Positions 33,901-43,839 of a stretch of 64,000 nucleotides of DNA are shown in pieces. The translations under genes and the position numbers were made by a program. This DNA is from Rebecca billardiae RCC1528 (lineage: Eukaryota > Protista > Haptophyta). The notes under the pieces are model-generated. The model was not told the origin of the DNA, made no database searches, and saw only the letters and a list, made by a program, of their open reading frames with translations. Each line of letters begins with the position of its first letter. Positions within the stretch are counted from its first letter, which is position 1. The DNA lies in assembly GCA_965240325.2 (NCBI GenBank), contig OZ251224.1, positions 1,860,001 through 1,924,000 on the forward strand, given 5' to 3'.

Positions 33901-33909
33901 CGGTCATGG

Positions 33910-34133
33910 TTTCGTAACGCCATTCGTTACATTCAATCCACGTCCAGCTCACGCCCACAGTGTAAGATTCCAGACCACGCTTTACATAGTAGGGAATCTT
34001 GCGGACGCGACCTTTAATGAAACTCGGTCTCCACCAGCCCTGAAAATCGGCCACCCATCCCTTTTTTCCCCAAAGATCTTAATTTTTGAAACGACTCAAA
34101 CGTGATTCAAAGTGCCCGCTGCGCGGGCTCCAC
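33910..34133 (-). mobile_element. Family A terminal module, copy 3, cut off by the LINE 3' end
   Basis: GTAACG..CGTTAC, CCACGCTTTAC, GAAACTCGGTCTCC.CCAGCC.TGAAAATCG, AAAGATCTT and GCGGGCTCCAC are collinear with 13967-14207. Confidence 0.75.
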
Positions 34134-34136
34134 ACA

Positions 34137-37100
34137 TACAGTTTACTAAGAATAAGAGACGCACACAGCTCAGGCAGGCGAGATTGACGCCCGCCAACTG
34201 TCACCGCCCATGAAGCCGTCGCCGATGGTAGCGCCGCCGGAAAAAATCGTTCAGCCGTCCGCCTGCGAGGCCTGGACGAGGGCTGCGGCCGCCTCGCGGC
34301 GCGCCAGCGCCCGTCGTCCTCGCCCCACCGTCGTCCACAAAACGTCGTCGTCCGAACTCGCCGACTGGGCGCCGATGCGACAGCGCGCCGACAGGATGAG
34401 GATGTAGTAGGGAATGTAGAGCCCCACTGTCGGTTGGGGAAGGCGTGTATCAAGCGGCATGACTGGGGTAGCTTATCACACAGAAGGCCTGGCCCTCAGG
34501 TGATATGTGCCCCAGTGTGGCGTGTCGGCCTCAAAGCCGGCGGCAGGGTTCTGTTGCCCGGAGCAGGGTTTGCTGGCGCATCAGCTGCGTGGGCCGGGGC
34601 GTCCGGCTGTTTGCGTTTGCGGGCCGGGGTCGGCACTGATGCCACCCCGCCGCGCATGCTGGCCTGCATGTATGGCTGTTGCCCAAGGTCAGCCCCGGCG
34701 GGCTTCTCCCGGGCAGGCTGTGTCGGCGCGCCGGGTGCGCGCGAAGCGTCATTTTGCTGGTGTGGAGCTGCAGTCATGCCTGAGCCGCGCGTGCGGCGCT
34801 GGCACAGCCTGGCAGACTTGCGTAGTGGCGGGGCCTCAGGCACCGCAGGCGTCGGGGCTCTGGGCTGGTCAGGAGCGGGGGCGCCAGGCCAGAGAGGCTG
34901 CTGCAGGGTATCGGAATCCGGGCGGCTCCTTTTGGCCGGCGGGCCACGCCCCACCGCGGGGGGGTCGCCACGCGGCGCGACGGGTGGTGCTTGAGCGCCG
35001 GCGCTACTGCTGGCACCTCCCTGGCTACACCCCGGGGTGTGTCCAAGCGGGGGGGCGAGTGCCACCGGTGACTGGGGGCTGCCTGTGCAGGCCCTGTGCA
35101 TAGGGCGCTTGCCGGTGCCTGCAGCGGGGCTGGGCGGAGGCAGTGCAGAGCTGTCCGGCAACCGCCGCGGCCCATCACCAGCACCTGTGCCATGGTCCTC
35201 AGGGCAGTCGTCTGGCCGGTCCCTGGGCTGTTTGCCGCGCCGATTGCTTGTGGGGCAGCGCTCCCTGTCCTCGAGACCCGGTCGGCTCGGCAGCGGCAGC
35301 ACAGGCTCGTAGTGCCCGGTGCCATCAAAGTACACTGCTGCAAGAGTTGGGTCGCGCGCAAGGAGGCGTTCGCGTACCGACTGTTGCTGGCGCGGGTCCG
35401 CTGGAGCACCTGCAGGGCCCCCTTGCGGGTGTTGCCAGCGTTGGGGGTCCGTATACACTGGGTTGTTCATGTTGGACCACCGCGGCACGTGCCTATACAG
35501 CGTGCACGCCACCAGGTGCCCGACTGCATCCGAGCTCTCGGGCCTGCCTGCTGTCCCACCGGCAGGGGCAGTCTGGCTGGCGCGCGGCTGGAACACTGCG
35601 ATGTCACGCCCCATGACGGCCGCAACCGCAGGTATCATGACAGTGGGCCAGTACCTCGACGCCCCACCGGCGGCGAGCCTGCCATCGGCCCCGTAGCTCG
35701 CTGCAGCCCTGAGCGGCTCGGCGAACTCGTGCAGGGTTGGCTGGGCACCCTGCCCATGGTATGTGGCCCTATAGCTGTCAGACATGCTGATGGCCTCCAG
35801 TCCATCCGCGTCCACGAGCCCCAATTGAAGCCGGTGTGTCCGTGAGAGGTGTGCTGTGCCGAGCACCCAGTCCACAGCAGCTGCCCTGAGGAAGCGGACT
35901 GCCTGGTAGGCTGCGGTGCAGGGGCCCACTGCTGCGGCACGTTCCTCAACATAGCCCATGGCTGCCAGCAGGAGGCAGTCCCCATGCATGCAAGTAGGGT
36001 ACACAGCATGCCCCACTGCTGCCAGCAGCGCAGAGGCCGCCCCGCGCCACTGTGGCTGGACAGCAACGTAGGCAGGCATAGGTGGCAGCTGCACAGCGGG
36101 CCGCCGGCGTGCAGGGTGTTGAGAGTGGCCGGCAGCCACATCGTCGATTGGGGGGCCCGCAGTGCGAGGGGTGGAGCCTGCCGCTGCTGCCAACCGCCGC
36201 TGCTGGGCAGGGGGCCCACTCTCACCGCTATCATCCTGGTGTGCCAGGGCGTCTGCATCGGGCGAGCGGGGCCGCCGCCTGCTGCCACGCTGTGCGCCGT
36301 GCATCGCCGCGCCAGCCAGGCCAGCGTGCGCTGCCGCTGGCGGCTCAGCTGCGGCGCCCTCCGGCACCGGGCCCAGCAGCTGTGCAGGCAGGGGGTGGCT
36401 CGCCTCTGCTGGAGCAAGGCCAGGCCCCAACGCAGCGGGCGCCTGCACATCGCTGGCGGGGGCATCTGCAGCCGGCGGGGCAGCTGCTGCCGGCTGCTGT
36501 TGCAGCAGCTCATCGGGGGCTGGCGAGTGATCAGCAGGTGGGCCTGGCTCTGCCACCTCAGCAGCAGGGGCAGGCTCCGCCTGGCTGGCAGCCGCCCGGC
36601 CTTGCTTATGGAGGAGGGCCCAGTACTTATCCAAGTCGTACGCCTTGGCATACGCCGAGCTGAGGCTCAGCGCCCTGCGCTCGTCGTGGATTTTGCTGGC
36701 GGCTAGGGCCAAGGGCTTGTGGATCATCCCCGCGGCGTACGGCACCGGCTGGCCGCCAGGCGGCTGGTGGGCAGCCAGTGCTTGCTTCACAGCTGTGACA
36801 GTGGCCTCGGTCACCTTGCCAGCATAGTAGAAGGGGTGAAGCGTCGCCTGGACCGCGAGTCGGGTGGCTTCGGGCTGTGGGATGGCGCCATTCGAGGCCT
36901 TACGTATCGCAGCTCCCACCCTGTCCTCAGCGTTCCGCTGCGCGTGTGCGTGCGGGCACTGATGGAAGACGTGGTGCACGCTATCCGGCCCTGGGTTCGG
37001 GTCCCCCGCCTTCAGGCAGAATAGGCACTCTGTGCCCAGGGCATAGGTCGCCCGCGAGCTGGTGCACCGTCGCCGGACACCAGCCAGGGCCGGTGTGGCT

Positions 37101-40100
37101 GCCACAGCATCCGCATTGTAAACCAGTGCACCGACCGCGCAGCGCAGCACAAACTTACTGATGCGCTCGCGGCACCACTGGTTCTGAAGCGAGTGTGTGG
37201 ACTCGCGGACATCGCATGGGAGCGGGGTACCGCCCTGGTGGTCGGGTTCCTGGTCACTGTCGGGTCCAGCCAGTTTGAGCCTGTACTTCGCTGCTGCAGC
37301 AGGCGTGGCAGCATGTGCCTCCAGCGCAGCCCTGCACGCCCTGTCCATGACGCGGGTGCGGACCTGGTTTGGGCAGGACGGTAGCAACGTGGCAGAGCCG
37401 TGCTCCATCAGTGACACTCTGTACGGCAGCCAGACCATCGGCCCCAGTGCGAACGATGCCTGCCGGTCACCCCTGGCGACCTGCTTGCTGGCCCAATCCG
37501 CACACAGGTTGCAGACCGTACGGAGCGCAGCTTCGCGAGGGGTGCCAGGGGCATGTCCGAGCACTATGCGCAGCAGCGCTTCACATTGGGCCGAGCTCAC
37601 GCAGAAGGCGTTGTCGAGGGCCGACCACCGTGGGGCCAGGGTGTTGCCAACCAGGCGGTCCAGTTCCGCATGGCCTGCCTGTTGGTGGCGAAACGCCCAC
37701 TGGTGACCCGACGCCGGTGGGACGCAGATGTCCAGGAGCCGGAGGAGGCGCACCATGTGGGGGCTGCCAGAGAGGAGTTTGGCTGCGGTGCCAGTGCCCT
37801 GGCGCGGAACAGACTCTCCCGGGGCTGTCAAGTCCGGTCGGGCGCGGAGGGTGTGGTGCAGGGCAGCATCGCAGTCCCACCCTATGTGGGCGTGCCGCAC
37901 TCCAATAGTAGAGAGCACCTTCACTCCCAGGGTGGCAGCGGCAATCTCAGAGTTCTGGGCTGACTGCTCGCCGGGGTACGTGGCTGTGAAGATGGTGATG
38001 GCATGGCGCTCGCCGCCCGGTGTGAGGGGTAGCGCATATGCCACAGCAGCTGCCCCCTGGCCCCTGCCTGGGACGTAGGAGCCATCCACTCCGGCCATCA
38101 GCCTGTCTGTGTCAGCCAGCAGGCCGCGCACTGGCAGCCTGCCATCAGTAGGGATTTCGCGTTCGTGGGCAGCAGCCCGGTCCGCAGGGCCCAGGTGCCC
38201 GGTGAGCAGAAAGTTTTCCGGGGCGGTGAGCCAGTTGTCAACGAGCCCATCCAGCAAGGCATGGGCCAGGCGACCGCACATCCACTCCTGCGCGGGGTCG
38301 TATGCACGGAGGGCCCTCCTGCCGTCCGCTGTGAAGAGGGAGAGGACAGCTGCTGCGGCTCCCCCATTGGTGGCGCGTATCATCTGCGCGGCGGAGGTCC
38401 CACCATCATGCAGGATGCTCTCCTCCAGCATGCTCGTGTGGGCATGGCCAGGCAGGTTGGGGCCAGCCCTGGGCACTGCCATCTCGATCGTGGCACCCAC
38501 AGTCATGTCGAGGATGGCGTTGAGCCGGGCAGTCCGGCTGCTGCGCTTCCGCCGAGACAGCCTATTGGAGTACGTATCCATGATGTGCTCGACACGCGAG
38601 CCGCACACCTCCCTGAGAGTGAGGAGCGCGAGTTCACGGTAGGTGGCCGGCGCCCACCGCGCCGCACTGGCCGGGCAGGTGTTCAGCGCGCGCAGCCCAC
38701 CCTCGACAAACGGGGGGTACGCAGCAGGGGCAAACCCAGGCGAGTGCAGGCAGGCGTGCCACTCGCCGAGGGCGCTCCGGGTCAGGTGGCCATCTGCCGC
38801 CAGCGAGTTCGCAGCCTTCAGCAGAGTGGTCACCTTCTGCCCAGCATCTCTGGCCTGGGGATCCTCGGGGCCAATGCCCCACGTCTTGGCGGGGCCGCAC
38901 GCGGCGATGCGCGCGGACGCGTGCGGCAGCCCAACACGCTGCCACACAGGGCGCAGGATCGTGGTGCGCATGCCGCGCAGCTCGTCTTTGGTGAGCTTGC
39001 TGGCACTGAGCTTGTAGTCCAGTGTGGACACCACATCGTGCTGGAGGAGGGTCCCTGTCATCACTGTGTGGCAACAGGGGTCCATGGCCGCCACCCCCAC
39101 GCGCCACGCAGCTTTCTGGAGGCGCTCAGCCACTTTCCGAGAGTGCGCGCCCCAGGCCAACTCCATGTTGAGGTGGTATCCGAGGTACGCAAACGACTCG
39201 CGGTGCGCCGGGTCCAGGGTGGGGACGGTGGCCACCGCCTGGCCGGCCCGGGGGAACAGCGGGGCGGCTGGGCCGGCCGGCGGGCACGCTCGCCCGCCGC
39301 GCGGGGTGCGCGCCGGCCTGTACGCGTGCACACACTTGGCGTGATTGAGAACCATGCCGTGCGCAGCGAGGAACTTATGGAGGGCCTCGAGCTGGGCAGT
39401 GTTCTCCGCCGCAGTGGCGGCCACCAGGGCCAAGTCATCCATGTACCCCTGCACTTGGATGCGGGCTGTTGGGGGGCCTCTCTGCGGGAGGCGGGCAGTG
39501 GCATCTAGCTGGAATGTGTATCCGGTGGCGGACGTGGCGGTGAACCACTGGATGAACATGTTCATGAACAGGCAGAACTTGATGGGGCTCAGCGGGCAGC
39601 CTTGCTTGCATCCCCTCCGGATGGGCACCGGGTGTGTAAGGCCATGCGGGGTTCTAGTGACGGCTGTGGACCCTTCGTCTAGCCGATCGAGGCTGGCGAT
39701 GAGCTGCGGCGGGAACCCATGGAGGGCCAGGGCCTGCCTGAGGGACGAGATGGGCACGCTATCGTATGCCTTGGCAATGTCGCACGCTGTGATGTGCAGC
39801 TCGCGGTTGTGCCGTTTGGCATGTGCGATGGCGGCCGTGAGCGCGGCCACATGCAGGTCGCCTTGCCCGCCTGCGCGCGACGCGGCCTGCTCGGGCCGGA
39901 GCAGCCCCAGCCTGTCGCAGACGTGCTGTATCTGGTGGGCCCGGTGGGCCGCCGCAATCTTGTATATCACGCTCTGCAGTGCGATCCCCCGATAGTTGCT
40001 GAGGGCGAGGGCATCGCCCTTCTTGTAGAAGTACACAATCTCTGACTGGGTGATGTGCGCAGGGAGGGGAGAGGCTGAGTGCAGGATAGTGTTGATGCAG

Positions 40101-40138
40101 TTGACCAACACCGTCCTCAGCGCGGGCTGTGCCTCTAG
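34137..40138 (-). mobile_element. 5'-truncated non-LTR retrotransposon (LINE)
   Basis: The RT-encoding ORF begins abruptly at the RT N-terminal region. 3' UTR 34137-34495 ends in a tail found three more times in the window. Base composition differs from host genes. Confidence 0.92.
34496..40111 (-). CDS. LINE ORF2 (partial): reverse transcriptase, RNase H, CCHC zinc knuckle, OTU-like cysteine protease
   Basis: RT: NYRGIAL, DIAKAYDSV, GCKQGCPLSP, YMDD, YLG. RNase H: VDGS, NSEIAA, WDC, NLCAD (~37480-38110). Zinc knuckle CLFC...HVFHQC. OTU-like HGDCLLLA ... YWP...AVAAVMGRDIAVF ... GHYE (~35295-36010). Confidence 0.9.
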   Translation of the reverse strand: MLVNCINTILHSASPLPAHITQSEIVYFYKKGDALALSNYRGIALQSVIYKIAAAHRAHQIQHVCDRLGLLRPEQAASRAGGQGDLHVAALTAAIAHAKRHNRELHITACDIAKAYDSVPISSLRQALALHGFPPQLIASLDRLDEGSTAVTRTPHGLTHPVPIRRGCKQGCPLSPIKFCLFMNMFIQWFTATSATGYTFQLDATARLPQRGPPTARIQVQGYMDDLALVAATAAENTAQLEALHKFLAAHGMVLNHAKCVHAYRPARTPRGGRACPPAGPAAPLFPRAGQAVATVPTLDPAHRESFAYLGYHLNMELAWGAHSRKVAERLQKAAWRVGVAAMDPCCHTVMTGTLLQHDVVSTLDYKLSASKLTKDELRGMRTTILRPVWQRVGLPHASARIAACGPAKTWGIGPEDPQARDAGQKVTTLLKAANSLAADGHLTRSALGEWHACLHSPGFAPAAYPPFVEGGLRALNTCPASAARWAPATYRELALLTLREVCGSRVEHIMDTYSNRLSRRKRSSRTARLNAILDMTVGATIEMAVPRAGPNLPGHAHTSMLEESILHDGGTSAAQMIRATNGGAAAAVLSLFTADGRRALRAYDPAQEWMCGRLAHALLDGLVDNWLTAPENFLLTGHLGPADRAAAHEREIPTDGRLPVRGLLADTDRLMAGVDGSYVPGRGQGAAAVAYALPLTPGGERHAITIFTATYPGEQSAQNSEIAAATLGVKVLSTIGVRHAHIGWDCDAALHHTLRARPDLTAPGESVPRQGTGTAAKLLSGSPHMVRLLRLLDICVPPASGHQWAFRHQQAGHAELDRLVGNTLAPRWSALDNAFCVSSAQCEALLRIVLGHAPGTPREAALRTVCNLCADWASKQVARGDRQASFALGPMVWLPYRVSLMEHGSATLLPSCPNQVRTRVMDRACRAALEAHAATPAAAAKYRLKLAGPDSDQEPDHQGGTPLPCDVRESTHSLQNQWCRERISKFVLRCAVGALVYNADAVAATPALAGVRRRCTSSRATYALGTECLFCLKAGDPNPGPDSVHHVFHQCPHAHAQRNAEDRVGAAIRKASNGAIPQPEATRLAVQATLHPFYYAGKVTEATVTAVKQALAAHQPPGGQPVPYAAGMIHKPLALAASKIHDERRALSLSSAYAKAYDLDKYWALLHKQGRAAASQAEPAPAAEVAEPGPPADHSPAPDELLQQQPAAAAPPAADAPASDVQAPAALGPGLAPAEASHPLPAQLLGPVPEGAAAEPPAAAHAGLAGAAMHGAQRGSRRRPRSPDADALAHQDDSGESGPPAQQRRLAAAAGSTPRTAGPPIDDVAAGHSQHPARRRPAVQLPPMPAYVAVQPQWRGAASALLAAVGHAVYPTCMHGDCLLLAAMGYVEERAAAVGPCTAAYQAVRFLRAAAVDWVLGTAHLSRTHRLQLGLVDADGLEAISMSDSYRATYHGQGAQPTLHEFAEPLRAAASYGADGRLAAGGASRYWPTVMIPAVAAVMGRDIAVFQPRASQTAPAGGTAGRPESSDAVGHLVACTLYRHVPRWSNMNNPVYTDPQRWQHPQGGPAGAPADPRQQQSVRERLLARDPTLAAVYFDGTGHYEPVLPLPSRPGLEDRERCPTSNRRGKQPRDRPDDCPEDHGTGAGDGPRRLPDSSALPPPSPAAGTGKRPMHRACTGSPQSPVALAPPLGHTPGCSQGGASSSAGAQAPPVAPRGDPPAVGRGPPAKRSRPDSDTLQQPLWPGAPAPDQPRAPTPAVPEAPPLRKSARLCQRRTRGSGMTAAPHQQNDASRAPGAPTQPAREKPAGADLGQQPYMQASMRGGVASVPTPARKRKQPDAPAHAADAPANPAPGNRTLPPALRPTRHTGAHIT

Positions 40139-40181
40139 TCAGTAATATGACCCCCCCCGAAACTTGGTCTGAGCGTGTTTT

Positions 40182-40953
40182 GGGGTTTTTGGTAGGTGGA
40201 TTTAGGCGTCGTGAAAAGCGCATTTGAGACCATATCGCTGCCAGAGATTCGGCGTTTCTAGCGGACCTTAAGTTTATTAGGATAGTAATTATAATTAAAG
40301 ACATCATCGAAATCAAATAGGACAAAGGCGTCTGCACCTTTCTCAGATATGGTGGGCCGTTCGTGCCATTCTCCTGCTGATATATACTTTTGGTTTGCTG
40401 ATTCTATATTCAATGAGTGAAGAATCTTGGTCAGAGTCGTCTGCTCCTATTCGCGCGCTTTTGGAAAACGGTGTTTAGTAGCATCCAGGCTCTCCGTTTA
40501 AGAGAACCATCGCACTTCAAAAACTCCGAGCGTTTCAAGAAAGACAAGCGCGCAATTCATATTTCTGAATACGGATTCGTAAACTCAACTTTCGCCGAAC
40601 CCACGCCGCAGGCCCCTGTTTTGTGGGTTCGGCGAATTTGCAAACAGGGGTCACCGGGTCGGCGATTCGGCGAATCCATGGCGGCCCGATTACAAGAAAT
40701 GCACTCGCCGAATTTCGCCGAATCGCTCGCGGCGGCGTTGCGTTTCCAAACACACCGCACACGTGTGGATGCCCCACTTTGCGAACACGCGGAAAATGTT
40801 CAAGAAGATTTTTACGAGTTTTCAGTTTTGTCAAAAAAGGAATCCCGGCCTGTGATTGGTGAGAACGAAAAAGTTCCGACCACTTCTGAGATTACAAAGT
40901 TGAGAACAGAAGCTCATCAGACGATGTCGTCATTAGGACTACTTAAAAACCCC
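40182..40953. mobile_element. AT-richer non-coding segment with internal inverted repeats; possible non-autonomous DNA element
   Basis: Imperfect end IR GGGGTTTTTGGTAG / CTACTTAAAAACCCC. Perfect 14-bp IR at 40591-40604 / 40623-40636. Repeated TTCGSCGAA palindromes. Confidence 0.35.
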
Positions 40954-41461
40954 GGCGCAACCCCTCATCGTGAGTACTTGTCTTCTCGCAACTGATGAAT
41001 AGGAATGAGAGGCCTAACCTCAAACGCGCGGGCCGCGTTGATGACCAATCGAGGACGAACGCGACGGGGTGAAGAACGGCCCTATGTAAGTAAGAACCTG
41101 GAGTCTGTTCAGTCACACCAGCACGGCATCGGACTGGCACTTGACTGCCGGTCACTGGCCAGCATCGTATCACTACTTCGCGCGGACAGTCTCTGCCACC
41201 CCGGTGCCCCTGATGCCTGGGCTGCCACTCTCGGCCAGCATACTTGGTGAGGTCAAGATTCAGGCGGCTTCGGGATGCTAAGTGAGTGATTACTAAGCAG
41301 TCGTCCGAGTCGTCATTACTCATTAGTCCGTAGTCGGCGCGGATCCGAGTAAGAGTTCGGAGTAATCGGAGTTGGCAGCCGCAGGCTGCACGGTTGCGCC
41401 GCCCGCCCCGGCCTATCAAACACCATATATATATATATGCATGCATGTCGACTCGTGAAGT

Positions 41462-43099
41462 CTAGTTGTGAGCCTGATGAGTGATGATGGCGGACATGAG
41501 CGAGGCTGGTAGTGCGCCGCAGTCATCGGGCAGCCCTTGCAGCCGCGCTGCCATCATCTGCCCGCATAGCACCCCCACGACTCGTACCTTGGCTGCGTCG
41601 ACGCGCGCGCGCAGCAATGACAAGGTCCCACTTGATGCCGCCGTCTCGCCAGCATAGATTCTGTGCGCAGTGGTGAGCTTCTTGCGAATACGCTCCGAAA
41701 ACAGCCGGCGTTCTGCCGGCAGAACGTCTTGGAACGCAAGTCCAGTGCCTGCCCCACCGGCGCTCTTACGGCCCACCGTGAGAGCGCCCCTGGCAGAGCG
41801 ACTCAGAGGCCGGGCACGGGGCTCAGGTTCCAACAGAATGTCTCCACCCGTCCGAGCAGCAAGCCCATGCTCGGCGGCGCGGTGCACGATGGTGTCGTTG
41901 AATGAGATGAGCATGCTGTTCCTCACGGCCGCTGCCGACGCACCCGAGAACCTGTGGAGCAGGGCTTCATACTTGTGGCTCCATGTCAGGCAGATGATGG
42001 GGACATGCTCTCTCAAAGCGGCCACAGCTGAATGGAAGCGCGACGCGATGTGAAGCGAAGCCTGGCCAATGACAGCGTCCACAAAGCGCACGTACCGATT
42101 CTCGGTAGCCCCTGCGTTCTCCAGTGCCGCAGAAGTTGCCTTCCCTCCATCAGTGAGGCCATCATCCATCACCGTGGTGGCGAGCCCAAACTCGAGGGCC
42201 GTTGTACGTGTCCAGTACCGGTCGTCGTAATGGCCCGGGCCGTCGAACCTGCCACGCTCGTGGGCAACTAGCACGACCTGCTCGCGCCCGAAGATGGCGA
42301 TGGCTTGGCTCACCACCTCGCGGTACGTGTCAAGGTACGACGTGCCAGGCCATGCCTGCAGCGCCCTGCGGCCAAAGTCAATCGTGACCACTGGGCGCTC
42401 CAAGCTGCGCACGTGCTTGCGGAGGAACGCTGCCGCCTCAGCGGCGCATGACGCACTGAAGACCAGGCCAGGATCTGGCTCAACCGCCATCCTCGGCCGC
42501 GTCTCCACGAGGCCTTGCCCGGAGCCAGTGGAAGGCAGCGAGAGGATGTCCTGCGCCACTGCCATGTCCAACTCGTCACGAAAGTGCATCTCGTCAAAGA
42601 GCCGAAGCATCCGGCCCATGGCCATAGTCTCTGGCATATGCGCTTTGAACGAGTAGAGAGAATGCGATGCCATGTACACTCGCAGTCCAGCCCTGCGCGC
42701 GCAGCTAGCTGCATTCGTGGTGAATCTCACCATCTTCATTCCCCTGGGCGACCGACCGTAGATGTAACCTGGCGCATCGATGAAAAGACCTGGCGCGTCG
42801 CCATGCCGTGCGCGCCGGCGCAGGGCTGAGCACAGATCGTCGATGTCCCGTCGACTCCGTCGCACCAGCGCAATGGCGTGCATGTCGCCAGGGAGCAAGG
42901 ACATGTTTGACGTGCCCCCAAGCAGGGCACCCACGGCGCGCATGATGCCTTGCTCCATGGCCGTGTCGCCATAGTTCATGGGCACGCCAAGCTTGGATAC
43001 GAAGGGAGTCGTCAGCACGAACACACTTGCAGTCACCCACGAGGATGTCCTCCGTCCCCAGCTCGGGGAGTCCTCGAGTCGAGGGATGCAATGATGCAT
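41462..43099 (-). CDS. Polysaccharide pyruvyl transferase-like protein (WcaK-like)
   Basis: NYGD, FRDE, PDPG, IASRFHSAVAAL, VPIICLTWSHKY. Intronless; start uncertain. Confidence 0.75.
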   Translation of the reverse strand: MHHCIPRLEDSPSWGRRTSSWVTASVFVLTTPFVSKLGVPMNYGDTAMEQGIMRAVGALLGGTSNMSLLPGDMHAIALVRRSRRDIDDLCSALRRRARHGDAPGLFIDAPGYIYGRSPRGMKMVRFTTNAASCARRAGLRVYMASHSLYSFKAHMPETMAMGRMLRLFDEMHFRDELDMAVAQDILSLPSTGSGQGLVETRPRMAVEPDPGLVFSASCAAEAAAFLRKHVRSLERPVVTIDFGRRALQAWPGTSYLDTYREVVSQAIAIFGREQVVLVAHERGRFDGPGHYDDRYWTRTTALEFGLATTVMDDGLTDGGKATSAALENAGATENRYVRFVDAVIGQASLHIASRFHSAVAALREHVPIICLTWSHKYEALLHRFSGASAAAVRNSMLISFNDTIVHRAAEHGLAARTGGDILLEPEPRARPLSRSARGALTVGRKSAGGAGTGLAFQDVLPAERRLFSERIRKKLTTAHRIYAGETAASSGTLSLLRARVDAAKVRVVGVLCGQMMAARLQGLPDDCGALPASLMSAIITHQAHN

Positions 43100-43224
43100 C
43101 GCGCGGCCATGCTATGCTGACTCGCAGTCATGATTTTTTTTAAATTCGAGCAGTTAAAAAAGCACAAGCCCGACCGATGACGCCAGAGCGCGTCGCTGCC
43201 GACCGGACGACCGCGGCGAGCACG

Positions 43225-43839
43225 ATGGTGACCGCTCGCAACCAGCCGCGTGCACTGCACGAAACGAGGCACTGACTCCTGGCGCCCTGCGCGCCGCGTG
43301 TTGCGTACCCACTTCCTCCCTACACGCGCGGTGCGTTTCTCCGGCAGCTGTTCTACTCGTTCTTCAAGACCCTCGTGGGCAAAGAGATTGTCGTGGAGCT
43401 AAAGAATGGTGCGCATATCACAGCGCGCCCTGCGAGCGCGCCGCTGCGTGACACTCACCACGCGTGGTGCGTGCGCCTCCCCGTCGCGCAGATCTAGCCA
43501 TCCGTGGCACGCTTCATTCCGTCGATCAGTATCTCAACGTCAAGCTGCTGGATATCAGTGTCGTGGAGTCGGACAAGTTCCCGCACATGGTGCGCGCATG
43601 CCTGCGTGCATGCCTTGCCATGTGACGGCCCTGCCACCGTTGCGCGCCACAACCGATGCGATCCTCACCCCTTATCGCCGCACTGCCTTCCTCCGGCCGT
43701 CGCGCAGCAATCGATCAAGCACTGCTTCATTCGCGGGTCGGTCATCAGATACGCGCAGCTGCCAAAAGCGGATGTCGACGTGGAGCTGCTTCAGGATGCT
43801 GCGCGGCGAGAAGCACAGCAGCAGAAAGCAGCCAAATGA
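43225..43839 (+). CDS. LSM2: U6 snRNA-associated Sm-like protein LSm2. Exons 43225-43227, 43348-43408, 43492-43589, 43708-43839
   Basis: Spliced product MLFYSFFKTLVGKEIVVELKNDLAIRGTLHSVDQYLNVKL...FPHM..IKHCFIRGSVIRY...LLQDAARRE, with three GT-AG introns. Not visible as one ORF in the track. Confidence 0.97.
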
